Assembly (NCBI GenBank): GCA_963662945.1
Contig: OY759974.1
Span: forward strand, 1,568,001 to 1,632,000
DNA length: 64,000 nucleotides
Direction: 5' to 3'
Source of the DNA: Arcobacteraceae bacterium
Lineage (GTDB): Bacteria > Campylobacterota > Campylobacteria > Campylobacterales > Arcobacteraceae
A program made the position numbers and the translations under genes. Of this stretch, positions 31,661 to 43,974 are shown in pieces. How positions within the stretch are numbered: the stretch's first letter is position 1; every line of letters starts with the position of its first letter. A model generated the notes under the pieces. The model ran no database searches, was not told where the DNA came from, and saw only the letters and a list, made by a program, of their open reading frames with translations.

Positions 31661-33079
31661 TTAATTACAAATTACTATTGATTTTATCTCCGTAAATTCT
31701 TCAATTGCAAAAGTTGGACCCTCTTTTCCTATACCACTTAATTTTGTACCACCATATGGTTGTATGTCAAATCGTAAAGTTGGTATGTCGTTAATAACTA
31801 CACCACCACAATCAGCTTCATCTATAAATTGTTGTGTTTGTTTAAGATTATTTGTAAAAATACTAAACTGCAAACCATACGGAGAATTATTCATTTTTAG
31901 GATAGCTTCTTCATAGTTTTTAACTTTTACAAGACTAACAATTGGAGCAAAAACTTCTTCACAGATAATTTTCATCTCATCTGTTACATTTGTCATAATT
32001 GTAGGGTAGAAATTAAGTTCATCATTTTTATTTCCAGTTATGCAAATAGCACCTTCATTAATTGCACTGTGAATCCAAGATTTTGCACGACTTAATGACT
32101 CATCATTAATTAAAGGACCTATAAATGTAGTTTCTTCATAAGGTGAACCTACTTTTAGTTTTTCAGTTTCATTCTTCATAGCTTTTGCAAATTCTTCATA
32201 AATAGATTCATTTACATAAATTCTTTGTAAACTAATACACACTTGACCACTATTGATAAAAGCACCAAAAGTACATCTTGCAGCTGCTTTTTGAATATCT
32301 GCACTATTATCTATATAAGTTGCTGCATTTCCACCAAGTTCAAGTGCGACTTTTTTAATTCCTGCTGTTTTTGTAATAATGTTACCAACGGGAACACTTC
32401 CTGTGAAACTAAGAACTCTTGGTATATCTGAGGCAACTAAAGTACTTCCAACTTCTACATCACCATATACTAAACTTAAAGCATCCTTTATTGCATATTT
32501 TGATTCAATAAAGAGTTTTACAAATTTATATGCAGTAAGTGGAGCTTCTGGAGTTGGTTTAAGGACAACAGCATTCCCACTTACAAGGGCAGGTGCTATT
32601 TTATGTGCTACAAGATTTAATGGAAAATTAAAAGGAGTAATACAAGCTACAACACCAACTGGAACCCTTTTATAATAGGAAGTAGTTTTGATTCCACTTG
32701 GCATCGCATCAGTATTAATTGTATGACCATGAAGATTAATCATTGCATGACAGCTAAGTTTGACTGTTTCAATACATCTTTGTACTTCAACTCTTGCAAA
32801 TGTGATTGGTTTTCCAACTTCATCACATAAAGTTTTAGCTATATCTTCGAGGTTCTCTTCAAGTTTTTGTGCAACGTCTTCAAGCCAAGAGATTCTTTGA
32901 GATAGTTTTGAAGTTTTTGTGTTTATACTTGCAGTTTGTGCTATTTCAAGTACTTTAAGCGTATCTTCTTTTGTACACATTGGGTATTTAGAAACCACTT
33001 TTTTAGTATATGGATTTATGATATTTTCAAGAGATTCTCTTGTAATTTCATTACTTCCAAAAAAAATATTTGCAACCAT
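31661..33079 (-). CDS. NAD(P)-dependent aldehyde dehydrogenase
   Basis: ITPFNFP, FTGS, LELGGN, GQVCIS, EEVFAP. Confidence 0.93.
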   Translation of the reverse strand: MVANIFFGSNEITRESLENIINPYTKKVVSKYPMCTKEDTLKVLEIAQTASINTKTSKLSQRISWLEDVAQKLEENLEDIAKTLCDEVGKPITFARVEVQRCIETVKLSCHAMINLHGHTINTDAMPSGIKTTSYYKRVPVGVVACITPFNFPLNLVAHKIAPALVSGNAVVLKPTPEAPLTAYKFVKLFIESKYAIKDALSLVYGDVEVGSTLVASDIPRVLSFTGSVPVGNIITKTAGIKKVALELGGNAATYIDNSADIQKAAARCTFGAFINSGQVCISLQRIYVNESIYEEFAKAMKNETEKLKVGSPYEETTFIGPLINDESLSRAKSWIHSAINEGAICITGNKNDELNFYPTIMTNVTDEMKIICEEVFAPIVSLVKVKNYEEAILKMNNSPYGLQFSIFTNNLKQTQQFIDEADCGGVVINDIPTLRFDIQPYGGTKLSGIGKEGPTFAIEEFTEIKSIVICN

Positions 33080-33214
33080 TTTAACCACCTAATATCAGTT
33101 TTATTTAATTGTAACATAGATAAATTAATTTATCCACAATCTCTGATTTTATATTTAACTTATTTTTAATTAAGTTTTGGATACAATTGCGTTCATTTTA
33201 GAATAAGGGTTAAT

Positions 33215-33544
33215 ATGACATCAACATTATTAATAGTACAATTCATTTTAGCAGTTTTACTTACAATTACAGTTTTGCTTCAAAAAAGTTCAAGTATGGG
33301 ACTAGGAGCATACAGTGGTAGTAATGAATCAATGTTTGGAGCAAAAGGTCCTGCTAATTTTTTAACAAAACTAACATTTATTTTAGGGCTTACACTTGTA
33401 TTAAATACATTATATTTAGGGTATTTATACAATGAAGAAAATTCAAAAAGTGTTGTAGATGCAGTGGAAGTTAATACTCTTGTACCAGCATCTCCTATAA
33501 ACACAACTCTACCACAAAGTGCTCCAGCTGCACCTACAAAATAG
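33215..33544 (+). CDS. secG: Preprotein translocase subunit SecG
   Basis: VLLQKS..GLG...FG..G..NFLTK.T. Confidence 0.93.
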   Translation: MTSTLLIVQFILAVLLTITVLLQKSSSMGLGAYSGSNESMFGAKGPANFLTKLTFILGLTLVLNTLYLGYLYNEENSKSVVDAVEVNTLVPASPINTTLPQSAPAAPTK

Positions 33545-33558
33545 TCTGACAGTATAAA

Positions 33559-34536
33559 ATGAGATATTTATTTTTTGTAATATTCTCATTTTCATATATA
33601 TTTGCTAATGCACATATATTTGTTTATCATAGATTTGCAGATGATAGATACACAAGTGCAAATACTTCAAAAGAAGAACTTATCAAACAATTTGAGTATT
33701 TCAAAAAAAATAATTACAAAGTTGTGCCATTAGAAAAAATCATTGAAAAACTAAAAAACAATGAAAATGTTCCATCAAAATGGGTTGCTTTAACTATTGA
33801 TGATGCGTATAAAAGTTTTTATGAGAATGGACTAGAAATCTTTAAGCAGTATAATTATCCATTTAGTTTATATGTGTATGTAGAAGCTACTAATAAACAC
33901 TATGGAGATTATATGAGTTGGGAGCAAATAAAAGAAGCTTCAAACTATGGAACTATTGGTCTTCATTCATATTCTCATCCAAGATTGCAAAATTTAACTT
34001 CCCAAGAAGTTTTTGAAGATACTAAAAAAGCATATGATACATTTGTTGAAAAACTAAATATTAAGCCAACTTCTTATGCTTATCCTTATGGAGAATATAC
34101 TCAAAACGTTACTAAAGTTTTACAGGATAATTTTAATTTTGATGCAATTTTAAATCAAAATACAGGTTCAATCAATGAAAAAACTGATCGTTTTGATATT
34201 CCTAGAATAGCACTTGTTGGGGAAGTGAATATAGCGCATAAGTTAAGATATAAAACTTTTGATGTAAAATGGTATGAACCAAAAGAATTTCCAAAAGATG
34301 GAGTTCTAAGAAGAGTTCATGCTCAAGTTGATCCAAAATATAAAACTCTGAAATTATATATTACACAAGAGGGTTGGAGAGATGTGGAAGTAAAAGATGG
34401 TGTTATCGATGAAAAATTTAATCTTTATCTTCAAAAAGCACGAACAAGAATTATGTTAGGAAGTGATGTTTTTACAGTATCTAACAAAATATTAAATAAA
34501 ATTAAAATCAACAAAGGAGAAATGAATGGTAAATAA
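33559..34536 (+). CDS. Exported polysaccharide deacetylase (NodB family)
   Basis: YHRF, LTIDD, HSYSH, AYPYG motifs. Confidence 0.88.
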   Translation: MRYLFFVIFSFSYIFANAHIFVYHRFADDRYTSANTSKEELIKQFEYFKKNNYKVVPLEKIIEKLKNNENVPSKWVALTIDDAYKSFYENGLEIFKQYNYPFSLYVYVEATNKHYGDYMSWEQIKEASNYGTIGLHSYSHPRLQNLTSQEVFEDTKKAYDTFVEKLNIKPTSYAYPYGEYTQNVTKVLQDNFNFDAILNQNTGSINEKTDRFDIPRIALVGEVNIAHKLRYKTFDVKWYEPKEFPKDGVLRRVHAQVDPKYKTLKLYITQEGWRDVEVKDGVIDEKFNLYLQKARTRIMLGSDVFTVSNKILNKIKINKGEMNGK

Positions 34537-35083
34537 AATTTATGAAGAAACAAAACAAAATATGGAAAAATCTTTAGAATCATTAAAAAAAGATTATTCA
34601 ACATTAAGAACAGGAAAAGTACACACTAGTATTTTAGATAATATTACTGTAGATTATTATGGATCACCAACTGCATTAAATCAAATTGCAACTGTTTTAG
34701 CACCAGATGGTACAACAATCAATATTACACCTTGGGAAAAAAATCTTGTAGGTGCTATTGAAAAAGCTATTCAAGAAGCAAATATTGGAGTAAATCCAAA
34801 TAATAATGGCGAATCAGTACAGTTATTTTTCCCTCCAATGACTCAAGATCAAAGAAAAGAGAGTGTAAAAGGTGCTAAAGCAATGACTGATAATGCAAAA
34901 GTTGCTATTAGAAATGTAAGAAAACACTCAAATGATAAAGTAAAAAAATTACTTAAAGATAAAGAGATTACAGAAGATGAAAGCAAAAAAGCACAAGATG
35001 AAATTCAAAAAATCACAGATGCTTATGTTGTAAAAGCAGATGATATGTTTAAAGCAAAAGATGCTGAAATAATGAAAATATAA
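34526..35083 (+). CDS. frr: Ribosome recycling factor
   Basis: [28 protein letters not shown]. Confidence 0.97.
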   Translation: MVNKIYEETKQNMEKSLESLKKDYSTLRTGKVHTSILDNITVDYYGSPTALNQIATVLAPDGTTINITPWEKNLVGAIEKAIQEANIGVNPNNNGESVQLFFPPMTQDQRKESVKGAKAMTDNAKVAIRNVRKHSNDKVKKLLKDKEITEDESKKAQDEIQKITDAYVVKADDMFKAKDAEIMKI

Positions 35084-35093
35084 GTAGTATTGA

Positions 35094-35702
35094 ATGAATG
35101 TAGAACAAATATATAAAGACTCTTCAGCACTTCTTGAGGGGCATTTTAAATTAAGTAGTGGAAATCACTCACAATTTTATTTACAAAGTGCAAAAGTACT
35201 TGAAGATCCTAAAACTGCAAAATTATTAGCAGAAGCATTAGCTGCGCAAATAAAAGCAAGTAAAATACAAGTAGATGCTGTATGTTCACCTGCACTTGGT
35301 GGTTTAATTGCAGGATTTGCACTTGCAACAGCTTTAGATGTACGATTTATTTTTGCTGAACGTGTTGATGGTGAGATGACTATACGAAGAGGATTTGAAG
35401 TTCAAAAAGGTGAAAGATATATTATCTGTGAAGATATTATCACTACAGGTGGAAGTGCTTTAGAAGCTGCAAATCAAGTTGAAGCTAATGGTGGGGTAAT
35501 AGCTGGATATGCAGCACTTGCAAATAGAGGTTTTTGTACTCGAAATGGTTGTAGTAGTGATCCAAAAGTTAATTGTAAATTACCTAGTCATTTACCATTA
35601 TTTGCACTTGAAGATTTTACTTTTGAAATGTATGCACCAGAAGATTGCCCTTTATGTAAATCTGGAAGTGTTGCATATAAACCAGGTAGTAGAGGTAACT
35701 AA
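35094..35702 (+). CDS. pyrE: Orotate phosphoribosyltransferase
   Basis: [19 protein letters not shown]. Confidence 0.95.
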   Translation: MNVEQIYKDSSALLEGHFKLSSGNHSQFYLQSAKVLEDPKTAKLLAEALAAQIKASKIQVDAVCSPALGGLIAGFALATALDVRFIFAERVDGEMTIRRGFEVQKGERYIICEDIITTGGSALEAANQVEANGGVIAGYAALANRGFCTRNGCSSDPKVNCKLPSHLPLFALEDFTFEMYAPEDCPLCKSGSVAYKPGSRGN

Positions 35703-35708
35703 ACTTTA

Positions 35709-36197
35709 ATGGCTAGATGGAGAGATACAAAAAAAGGGAACAATAAAACTGTCCATAATAAACAAACAACAAAAATTTATGGACTTTGTACCTCTCCACT
35801 TCACAGAATAAAAGCATTTATTACTGATATGTTTTTAATTATGATGCCAATTATGTATCTTACTACTTATGTAATTATGGATGGAAAAGATTCTTTCCAA
35901 GCTAGTGAGATGGCACGATGGATTACTATGATAGTTTATGGTGGTATTACAGTTGCATTTTGGGTAAAAAAAGGTCAAACACCTGGTTTTAAAGCTTATG
36001 ATTTAATTCTTATTGATGATAAAACTCAAAAAACTTTACCATTAATAAAAGCGATTTTAAGATATTTTATGTTTTTAGTAAGTGCTGTGAGTATTTTAGG
36101 ATTTCTTATTCCATTTTTTAGAAAAGATAAAAAAACATTTCAAGATATAGTGATGCAAACTTCAGTTATTAGGATTGAAGAAGACACTAGCAAATAG
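35709..36197 (+). CDS. RDD-family membrane protein
   Basis: RIKAFITD, GQTPG, FQD motifs. Confidence 0.88.
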   Translation: MARWRDTKKGNNKTVHNKQTTKIYGLCTSPLHRIKAFITDMFLIMMPIMYLTTYVIMDGKDSFQASEMARWITMIVYGGITVAFWVKKGQTPGFKAYDLILIDDKTQKTLPLIKAILRYFMFLVSAVSILGFLIPFFRKDKKTFQDIVMQTSVIRIEEDTSK

Positions 36198-37286
36198 ATG
36201 CTATTTTTTAAATTATCAGCATTTTATTTTTTTTATTTTGCCGCTGTTGGTGTATATGTAATATTTCTACCTAAAGTGCTTTTAGATATTGGTTATACAC
36301 CTGCACAAATTGGTGTTGTTCTTGCACTTGCACCACTTATGCGATTTCTTACCCCTTTTTTATTTTTAAAACATATCAGTCTTAATCAGACAGTATTCAA
36401 ACTTACTCTTGTTTTTTCCACTTTAAATACACTATTTTTTTATTTTACAATCCATAATTTTTATGCTTTCATGATTAATAATGCTTTTTTAGGGGTATGT
36501 ATAAGTATACTTTTACCATACATGGAAGTTATATCAATAAAAGAGTTAGGTAATCGATATGGAAAATCAAGATTATTTGGTTCAATTGGTTTTATGATTA
36601 TTAGTTTGGTTGTGGCGAGAGTATTAACTTCATCTGATATTGTGTTACATTTTTATCTAGGTACTATATTGTTTACTTCAGTAGTTGCATATAGTTTATT
36701 GAAGTATGATACTGATGAGCATGAAGGTGGAGTTGAAGATGATAAAAAATTTTCACTAATCAAATATTGGCCTTTTTGGTTAAGTTTGTTTTTAATGCAG
36801 GTAAGCTTTGGTGGATTTTACAACTTTTTTACTATTTATGAAACTACACATGGCATAAGTTTAGAAGTCACTAGTTATCTTTGGGCATTTGGTGTTATTT
36901 GTGAAATAGCAATGTTTTATTATCAAGCACCAATTTTAAAATTAAATCTTTTAACTATTATAAAATTTTCTATAATAATGACAATTATCAGATGGTTTTT
37001 ATTGTATTTATTTCCTGATAGTTTAACAATTTCATATTTTACTCAAAGTATGCATGCTTTTAGTTTTGGGCTCTATCATAGTGCAGTTATACTCTATCTT
37101 TATACACTTTATTCAAATAAAAAACTTGCACAACAATTTATGTTAGGGTTTGCATATGGTTTAGGTGGTTTTGTAGGAGCTTTTACATCTGGATGGTTTT
37201 ATGGAGAGTATTTGTTTCTTTACTCATCTTTTATGGCGTTTATAGCGTATATGAGTTTAGTAATATTTAAAAAAAAGAGTATGTAA
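36198..37286 (+). CDS. MFS transporter (HcaT/MFS_1-like)
   Basis: About 12 TMs, YGKSRLFGSIGF, GVICEI. Confidence 0.85.
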   Translation: MLFFKLSAFYFFYFAAVGVYVIFLPKVLLDIGYTPAQIGVVLALAPLMRFLTPFLFLKHISLNQTVFKLTLVFSTLNTLFFYFTIHNFYAFMINNAFLGVCISILLPYMEVISIKELGNRYGKSRLFGSIGFMIISLVVARVLTSSDIVLHFYLGTILFTSVVAYSLLKYDTDEHEGGVEDDKKFSLIKYWPFWLSLFLMQVSFGGFYNFFTIYETTHGISLEVTSYLWAFGVICEIAMFYYQAPILKLNLLTIIKFSIIMTIIRWFLLYLFPDSLTISYFTQSMHAFSFGLYHSAVILYLYTLYSNKKLAQQFMLGFAYGLGGFVGAFTSGWFYGEYLFLYSSFMAFIAYMSLVIFKKKSM

Positions 37287-37290
37287 ACTA

Positions 37291-37935
37291 TCAATTTTCA
37301 CAATTAAAAATATAATCCACACTTAATGATAAACTTATATCTTCTTCTATTGGAGAAGTTACAATTGTTGCAGCTTCTTGTCTTGCCAATGTTTTATAGA
37401 GTATTGGTGTATGAGAGTTATTAAAATTGATTGTTTTGATATTACAATTATGAAAAATATTGTTGAGTTTTTTTGTATATTGTTTAGCATACTCATAAGC
37501 TAAAAATTCTAATTGTGATTTTTCTTCTTCTTGTTTTGTGGTAGAAATTTTATAGGAAATTGGATTTTGTGTGAGTTTTATATTGAGTTTTTTGATTTTT
37601 GCTAGTATATTTTCATATTTTTTAATATCATTAAATTCACAATAAAAATTTATATTTGAATTGTATCCAATCTCAATTTTTCTATTTTCAACATATTTAT
37701 AGTCTGGATAAATTCGATATTGTCCACCTCTACAGATACCACTTTTATTTGCAGTTATAAGGGCTTTTTGAAATAAATTCTCAATTTCATTACTTGTCTT
37801 TGCAATGTGGCTTAAAGAAAAAGTTGCTACCTGTGTTGTAGGTTTTAAAGTTACTGTAAAATTTTTTTGTTTAGAAATATCTAAGGCTTGTAGTTGTAAT
37901 AAGATAATAAAATAAGTTATAATAAACTTTATCAT
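37291..37935 (-). CDS. SIMPL (DUF541)-like exported protein
   Basis: Signal peptide; Y.IYP.Y.Y...GY, C-terminal S.SV.Y pattern. Confidence 0.55.
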   Translation of the reverse strand: MIKFIITYFIILLQLQALDISKQKNFTVTLKPTTQVATFSLSHIAKTSNEIENLFQKALITANKSGICRGGQYRIYPDYKYVENRKIEIGYNSNINFYCEFNDIKKYENILAKIKKLNIKLTQNPISYKISTTKQEEEKSQLEFLAYEYAKQYTKKLNNIFHNCNIKTINFNNSHTPILYKTLARQEAATIVTSPIEEDISLSLSVDYIFNCEN

Positions 37936-38030
37936 TGCAGTTCCTTTTTTAACAATATCTTGAATAAAAGTATATACTAATCCATGTTAAATAGCTCTTG
38001 TTTAAATAGTATTTAGATATACTTTTTCTC

Positions 38031-39515
38031 ATGATTAATAATAATATTATATATAATATTCTCATTTTAGCAGATAGTTTTGATACGAATGAAATCATTC
38101 AAAGAAATCCAAACTATAATTTTATTGCAGTGAATAATCCACAAGAAACAATCTATGCTTTAGAAAAATATGATATTTCTTTAGCGGTATTTGATGTAGA
38201 TATAGAAACATTTCATTTTGTTGAGTTGTTACAAAATTTACAAACAAAGCGATTGTTAAAAAATTGCTTAGTTCTAGCTCTATCAAATATAGAGAATCCT
38301 ACATATTTAAAAGAAATTTTAAAAAATGGAGCTGCAGATTTTTTAAAAAAACCTTTTATGAATGATGAATTTGTACTTAAAATAGAACTTTTAATAAAAA
38401 AATTACTTGATAATAATCTTATTGAGAAGCAAAAAAAAGAGATAGAAAATAATCTGAAACAATTTAAAGCCTTGATAGATTCTTCAATAAATGCAATGTA
38501 TATTTTTAAAGATAATATTTGTATTGAATGTAATAAAGAAGCTTCTCTACTTTTAGGTTTTAGTTCAAAACAAGATATAATAAACAAACATATTTTCGAT
38601 ATTTTTCATAATGTTTCAAAAAAACATCAAAAATTACTTTTAGATAATGAAATAGATCATAATTTTCAAACAACAGTAACAAGTAAAAAAAATAAATTGT
38701 ATCAAGTACAAATTAAAGAGAGAAATATTTCATTTGATACAGATAATTTAAAAATTATTACAGCTATGGATATAACAGATATTAAAAGAAATGAAAAGAT
38801 ATTAGCACAAAAATCAAAACTAGCTTCAATGGGAGAAATGATAGGAAATATAGCACACCAATGGAGACAGCCATTAACTGCAATATCTATAGCAGCAAGT
38901 GGTATTAAATTTATGTATGAGTGTGAAATAGAAGATAAACAAGAAACAATGGATAGTTTAGAAAATATTGTAAAAAATACAAAATATTTATCTGCAACTA
39001 TTGAAGATTTCCAAAATTTTATGAGAAATGATAGGGAAAGTACAACTTTTTCAATTAAAGATGTCTTACAAAGTACACTTATGATTGTAGATGCAAATAT
39101 TAAATTAGAAAATATACAAATTATTCAAAAGTCAATTGAGTCATTAGAAATCACAACAATTCAAAATGATTTGGTACAAATATTATTAAATCTTATTAAT
39201 AATGCTATTGATGCTTTTAGAGATAATAAAACTAAAGAGCGATTGATTTTTATTGAAGTGTATAAAGAAAAAGATTTTGCATCTATTAGATTATTAGATT
39301 CAGCTGGTGGAATAGATGAAAAAATTATTGATAAAATATTTGAACCATACTTTACAACTAAACACCAATCTCAAGGTACTGGACTTGGGCTTTATATGAC
39401 ACAACAGATTCTTTCAAAACTAGACGGTAAAATAGATATACAAAATAAATGTTATGAATATGAAGAACAAGAATATTGTGGTGCAGAATTCACAATATCT
39501 TTACCATTATTTTAA
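38031..39515 (+). CDS. Cytoplasmic REC-PAS histidine kinase
   Basis: Degenerate receiver (GAADFLKKP), PAS, GEMIGNIAHQWRQPL H-box, DSAGG and GTGLGL boxes. Confidence 0.9.
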   Translation: MINNNIIYNILILADSFDTNEIIQRNPNYNFIAVNNPQETIYALEKYDISLAVFDVDIETFHFVELLQNLQTKRLLKNCLVLALSNIENPTYLKEILKNGAADFLKKPFMNDEFVLKIELLIKKLLDNNLIEKQKKEIENNLKQFKALIDSSINAMYIFKDNICIECNKEASLLLGFSSKQDIINKHIFDIFHNVSKKHQKLLLDNEIDHNFQTTVTSKKNKLYQVQIKERNISFDTDNLKIITAMDITDIKRNEKILAQKSKLASMGEMIGNIAHQWRQPLTAISIAASGIKFMYECEIEDKQETMDSLENIVKNTKYLSATIEDFQNFMRNDRESTTFSIKDVLQSTLMIVDANIKLENIQIIQKSIESLEITTIQNDLVQILLNLINNAIDAFRDNKTKERLIFIEVYKEKDFASIRLLDSAGGIDEKIIDKIFEPYFTTKHQSQGTGLGLYMTQQILSKLDGKIDIQNKCYEYEEQEYCGAEFTISLPLF

Positions 39516-39518
39516 AAT

Positions 39519-39977
39519 TTATTTAATTTTTTTATTGGTATCTTCAATTTTTCTTGCTAAAACTTCTGCAATATTTCTATAAAAGACAGCATAAATATTT
39601 CCATGTTGTCCTAGTTGATATTCATTTATTGTAAAGCCTATCAAGATATTTTCATCATTATTTGCAACACAAGTTGCTGTTCTTGCTTGATTTAAAACAA
39701 TTTGCATCTCGCCTATGATTGAACCACTTGGTAAAGTTGTAACAGTTTTTGTTACTCCATATTCATCTCTTAGGTTTACTTTAATACTTCCAGCTAAGAT
39801 GTAATAAATGTAAGGGTCTCTTGTATCCCCTTGTCGAAATATTGTTTCATGACGATTAAATTTTTTAAAGACAACATCTTTTATAAGTGTTTGAATTTGA
39901 TAATCTGTTAAATCTTTGAAAAAATTTATTTTATTTTTTGCTCGTATAAGTTGTTCCAGTGCCTCATTATCTATCAT
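39519..39977 (-). CDS. Stand-alone cyclic-nucleotide-binding domain protein
   Basis: IFRQGD, YYILAG, GE, RTAT phosphate-binding cassette; no HTH. Confidence 0.85.
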   Translation of the reverse strand: MIDNEALEQLIRAKNKINFFKDLTDYQIQTLIKDVVFKKFNRHETIFRQGDTRDPYIYYILAGSIKVNLRDEYGVTKTVTTLPSGSIIGEMQIVLNQARTATCVANNDENILIGFTINEYQLGQHGNIYAVFYRNIAEVLARKIEDTNKKIK

Positions 39978-39990
39978 TTTAATTCCCCTT

Positions 39991-41964
39991 TTACGCTTTT
40001 TTAATTTTTTCTATTTCATCTCTAAGTCGAATAGCTTCTTCAAAGTTTAAATCTTTGGCAGCTTTATGCATTTGTTTATTAAGTTCTATAAGTATTTTCT
40101 TTCTCTCGGATGCGGGCATTTTATTTAGTTTTTCTAATTTTAGTGCAGTATCATCATACTCTTCCATTTTTAAATCTTCGTCAAGTCTTCTTATAGTTGT
40201 AGTTGGAGTTATACCGTGTTCTTTATTAAATTTATCTTGAATTTCTCGTCTATGATTTGTAGTTTCTATAGCAAATTTCATAGACTCCGTCATTTTTTTA
40301 GCAAATAAAAGAACTCTACCATTTGAATTTCTAGCAGCTCTTCCCATTGTTTGTACTAGTGAAGTACGACTACGTAAAAAACCTTCTTTATCTGCATCAA
40401 GTATTGCTACTAATGAAGCTTCAGGTATATCAAGTCCCTCTCTTAAAAGGTTGATTCCAATAAGCACATCAAATTTTCCAAGTCGTAGTTGTCGTATGAT
40501 TTGATTTCTCTCTATAGCATCAATTTCACTATGCATATATTTTACTTTGATACCTAAATCTGCATAATAGGTTGCTAACTCTTCTGCCATTTTTTTTGTT
40601 AATACTGTTACAAGAACTCTTTCGTTTCGTGCTACTACTTTTTTTATTTCGTCATGAAGTTTTTCTACTTGAAACTCACTATCTATCACTTCAACCACTG
40701 GATCTAAAAGTCCAGTCGGTCGTATGATTTGTTCTGCAACTACACTACTGAGTTCTAATTCTAAATCAGCAGGTGTAGCACTTACAAATAAGAAGTTTGC
40801 TTTTTTATTGATATATTCATCAAATTTTAAAGGTCTATTATCTAAAGCACTTGGAAGTCTAAATCCATATTCTACAAGTACCTCTTTTCTACTTTTATCA
40901 GCAGCATACATACCTCTAAATTGTGATAATGATACATGAGATTCATCTACTATAATAAGATATTCTCTACCCATAGTTTCAAAATAATCTATAAGGGAAT
41001 AAGGTGTTTCCCCTGGTTGTTTATCTGTTAAAAGTCGTGCATAGTTTTCGATTCCTTTACACATACCTGTAGCTTCAAGCATCTCTAAATCAAATTCAAC
41101 TCTTTGTTTAAGACGTTGATATTCTATGTGTTTTTCATGTTCTTTAAAATAGGCAAGTCTTTCATCAAGCTCTTTTTCGATACTTTCAATAGCTTTTGCC
41201 AATCTACTTTGTGATACAACAAAAGGGTTTACACTGTAAATAGTTACATCATCAAGCTCTTTGACTGTATTGTTTGTAAGATATTCCATTTTTAAAATAG
41301 ATTCTACTTCATCTCCAAAAAACTCAATTCTGATATATTCATCTTCCCAATATGCAGGAAAAATATCTATCACATCGCCATTGACTCTAAAATCAGCTCT
41401 ATCAAAAAACTTGTCATTTCGTTTATATCCCATCTCTACAAGTTTTAGCAGCATTTGTCTTTGAGAATATTCTTGCCCTGTTTCTACTTTTTGTACATTT
41501 GCTTTATATTCTTCTGGATTTCCTAAACCATAGTTTGCTGATACTGAAGCAACACAAATAATATCATCAAAACTAAGCATAGAAGCAGTTGCACTAAGTC
41601 TAAGCCTTTCTAATTCACTATTGATGCTACTATCTTTTTCTATAAATAAATCAGATCTAGGAATATATGCTTCAGGTTGATAATAATCATAATAAGAGAT
41701 GAAATATTCTACGTGATTATTAGGGAAAAATCCTCTAAATTCAGAGTATAGTTGGGCTGCTAAAGTTTTATTATGAGTCATAATTAAAGTTGGCATTTGA
41801 AGTTGTTCAATCACTTTTGCCATAGTATAAGTTTTTCCTGAACCTGTTACTCCAAGTAAAGTATTGTATTTATTTCCTTTAACAATACTTGCTGTAAGTT
41901 TTTCTATAGCTTGAGGCTGGTCTCCAGCAGGAGAATAATCTGTGTGTACTTTAAATGGTGTCAT
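39991..41964 (-). CDS. uvrB: Excinuclease ABC subunit B
   Basis: [18 protein letters not shown] beta-hairpin, DESH, C-terminal UVR domain. Confidence 0.99.
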   Translation of the reverse strand: MTPFKVHTDYSPAGDQPQAIEKLTASIVKGNKYNTLLGVTGSGKTYTMAKVIEQLQMPTLIMTHNKTLAAQLYSEFRGFFPNNHVEYFISYYDYYQPEAYIPRSDLFIEKDSSINSELERLRLSATASMLSFDDIICVASVSANYGLGNPEEYKANVQKVETGQEYSQRQMLLKLVEMGYKRNDKFFDRADFRVNGDVIDIFPAYWEDEYIRIEFFGDEVESILKMEYLTNNTVKELDDVTIYSVNPFVVSQSRLAKAIESIEKELDERLAYFKEHEKHIEYQRLKQRVEFDLEMLEATGMCKGIENYARLLTDKQPGETPYSLIDYFETMGREYLIIVDESHVSLSQFRGMYAADKSRKEVLVEYGFRLPSALDNRPLKFDEYINKKANFLFVSATPADLELELSSVVAEQIIRPTGLLDPVVEVIDSEFQVEKLHDEIKKVVARNERVLVTVLTKKMAEELATYYADLGIKVKYMHSEIDAIERNQIIRQLRLGKFDVLIGINLLREGLDIPEASLVAILDADKEGFLRSRTSLVQTMGRAARNSNGRVLLFAKKMTESMKFAIETTNHRREIQDKFNKEHGITPTTTIRRLDEDLKMEEYDDTALKLEKLNKMPASERKKILIELNKQMHKAAKDLNFEEAIRLRDEIEKIKKA

Positions 41965-41971
41965 AAGAAGT

Positions 41972-41980
41972 ATTTTAGCA
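41972..41980 (-). promoter_or_regulatory. Extended -10 box 7 nt upstream of the uvrB ATG (candidate leaderless promoter)
   Basis: Minus strand TGcTAAAAT-ACTTCTT-ATG, no SD. Confidence 0.65.
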
Positions 41981-42027
41981 GATTATTGTAAAGAATTTGG
42001 TAAAGATGACACATTGTTAATTTTTAT

Positions 42028-43752
42028 TTAGATATTAAGTGTAAGAGGTAAATGTATAATAAATTCAGCTCCATTATACGTTTTACCATCATATTCATAA
42101 GTTGTATTATGTACTTCAATACTTCCTTTCATCCCTTCAACTATAAGTTTATAAGTCATATGAAGTCCAAGACCTATCCCTTGTGCTTGATGTTTTGTAG
42201 TAATATATGGTTCAAATATTTTTGGGAGTATTTCTGGATTAACTCCACCTGCATTATCTTTGATAATAATTTCAGCATTGTCATTATTAATTGATGTGGT
42301 AAGGAAGAGAAATCTCTCTTCAATATCATTTTCTTTGAATGCATCTTTTGTATTATTAAAAATATTGATAAAACATTGAGTAAGTCCATTTTCATAACCA
42401 TAAATGACAATATCTTCTTGAAGATTTAATACAATATTGATATTATTTTTTTTTGTTGAACCTTCAATTAAATGTAAAAAACTATCAATATCATTTTGCA
42501 ATTTAAAAGTAGTTTTTTTATGTTCTTCTTTAACAAAGTTTCTAAAATCATCAATTGTTTTAGAAAGATATTGTGCATTATCATTTATTAGTTCACAGGT
42601 TTGATTAAATTTTTCATCTGTTAATACACCATATTGTTTTTGAAATTGCATTCCCGTAGCACCAGTTGAAATGATGGAAAGTGGCTGCCTCCATTGATGT
42701 GCAATATTTCCTATCATCTCACCCATACTTGCCAATTTATCTTGTTGTTGAATTATTTTCATTTGGTTTATATTTTCTTTTGTTTTTTGTAAAACATCAT
42801 TTTTTAGCTTTTTTGTATATTCTCTATTGAGCATAATGAAGATTAAAAGTACAGTAACTATGATAATACTCATCCATTTAAAAATAAAGTTTCTACTTGT
42901 AGTATCAATGTCTGTTAGATCAATTTTATTTAAATCTTGAAAAAGAAAAATATATCCTATAGGCTGATGATGTGTATTTGTTAAGTGAAAAACTGTTAAA
43001 AAATAATTTTCTACAAATTGATAAGTTTTTGTAGTCTCAATAAGAGTATCTATATTATGCTTTTTTAATAATTCCAATAAAGTTTGATCTGCATTTAAAT
43101 TTGCAACATAATAATCTCCTACAAATGTTTTTGTAAAAGGAAATTTTATTTGTTTTGTATATGATTTATCTGCCAATATAATTGGATTGATATTTTCTCT
43201 TTGTAATTTATTTGCTATTGAATTGAGTTTTGTAATTACCTCAAAAATTCCTAAAAATTTTTTGTCTTTATAAATTGGTACTTGTGCTTTGATTGTAATA
43301 TCAAATTTTCCAACACTGATAGTTTGAGTTACCTTTGGTTCTTTTAAAAATTTTATAACATCTTGTCTAAAACCTAAAACACTTTCACCTTTTTGTTCAG
43401 ACCAGCTTTTTATAAAACTAATACCATCATTTTTAATTATATGTAACCATACATGTTTAAAAGAAGAATCTGATGCATACATTTGTGATATTTCTTGAAG
43501 AGATAATAATGTATGGTCATTTTTTAATAAAGCATTTTGTACAACACTATCTTTTGATAAAGCTAATGCAAGTATTAATGTTGTTTCTTGCTTTTGTTCA
43601 ATAAGTGTTTTAGTTTCTTGTTTTAATTGATTAGAAATAGTTAAAAGTTTTTCACTTATTTGTTTTTCTGTTTTAAAATCAGAAAATATTTTTAAAAAAA
43701 CAAACAACAAAATAATTATAAAAATATAATAAAAAATAAATTGTTTTTTCAT
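42028..43752 (-). CDS. Membrane sensor histidine kinase with Cache-like periplasmic domain
   Basis: Two TMs, GEMIGNIAHQWRQPL, DNAGG, G.GLGL. Confidence 0.92.
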   Translation of the reverse strand: MKKQFIFYYIFIIILLFVFLKIFSDFKTEKQISEKLLTISNQLKQETKTLIEQKQETTLILALALSKDSVVQNALLKNDHTLLSLQEISQMYASDSSFKHVWLHIIKNDGISFIKSWSEQKGESVLGFRQDVIKFLKEPKVTQTISVGKFDITIKAQVPIYKDKKFLGIFEVITKLNSIANKLQRENINPIILADKSYTKQIKFPFTKTFVGDYYVANLNADQTLLELLKKHNIDTLIETTKTYQFVENYFLTVFHLTNTHHQPIGYIFLFQDLNKIDLTDIDTTSRNFIFKWMSIIIVTVLLIFIMLNREYTKKLKNDVLQKTKENINQMKIIQQQDKLASMGEMIGNIAHQWRQPLSIISTGATGMQFQKQYGVLTDEKFNQTCELINDNAQYLSKTIDDFRNFVKEEHKKTTFKLQNDIDSFLHLIEGSTKKNNINIVLNLQEDIVIYGYENGLTQCFINIFNNTKDAFKENDIEERFLFLTTSINNDNAEIIIKDNAGGVNPEILPKIFEPYITTKHQAQGIGLGLHMTYKLIVEGMKGSIEVHNTTYEYDGKTYNGAEFIIHLPLTLNI

Positions 43753-43974
43753 AAAAAAACTCCATATAAGTGCTAAATATCTTTATTATTGTATGTTATA
43801 GTTACATTAAAAAAATATTATCTATATTGTAACAAAAGTATCTAAAATATATTAAATTTATTTATATTCTTGTTTATATATATTTATACATAAAAAAATA
43901 ACAATAAAAAATTTTGCAATCAAATTGTAATTTTTTTCTATCATAATTAACTATCTTATAAAAAAGGGGTAACA

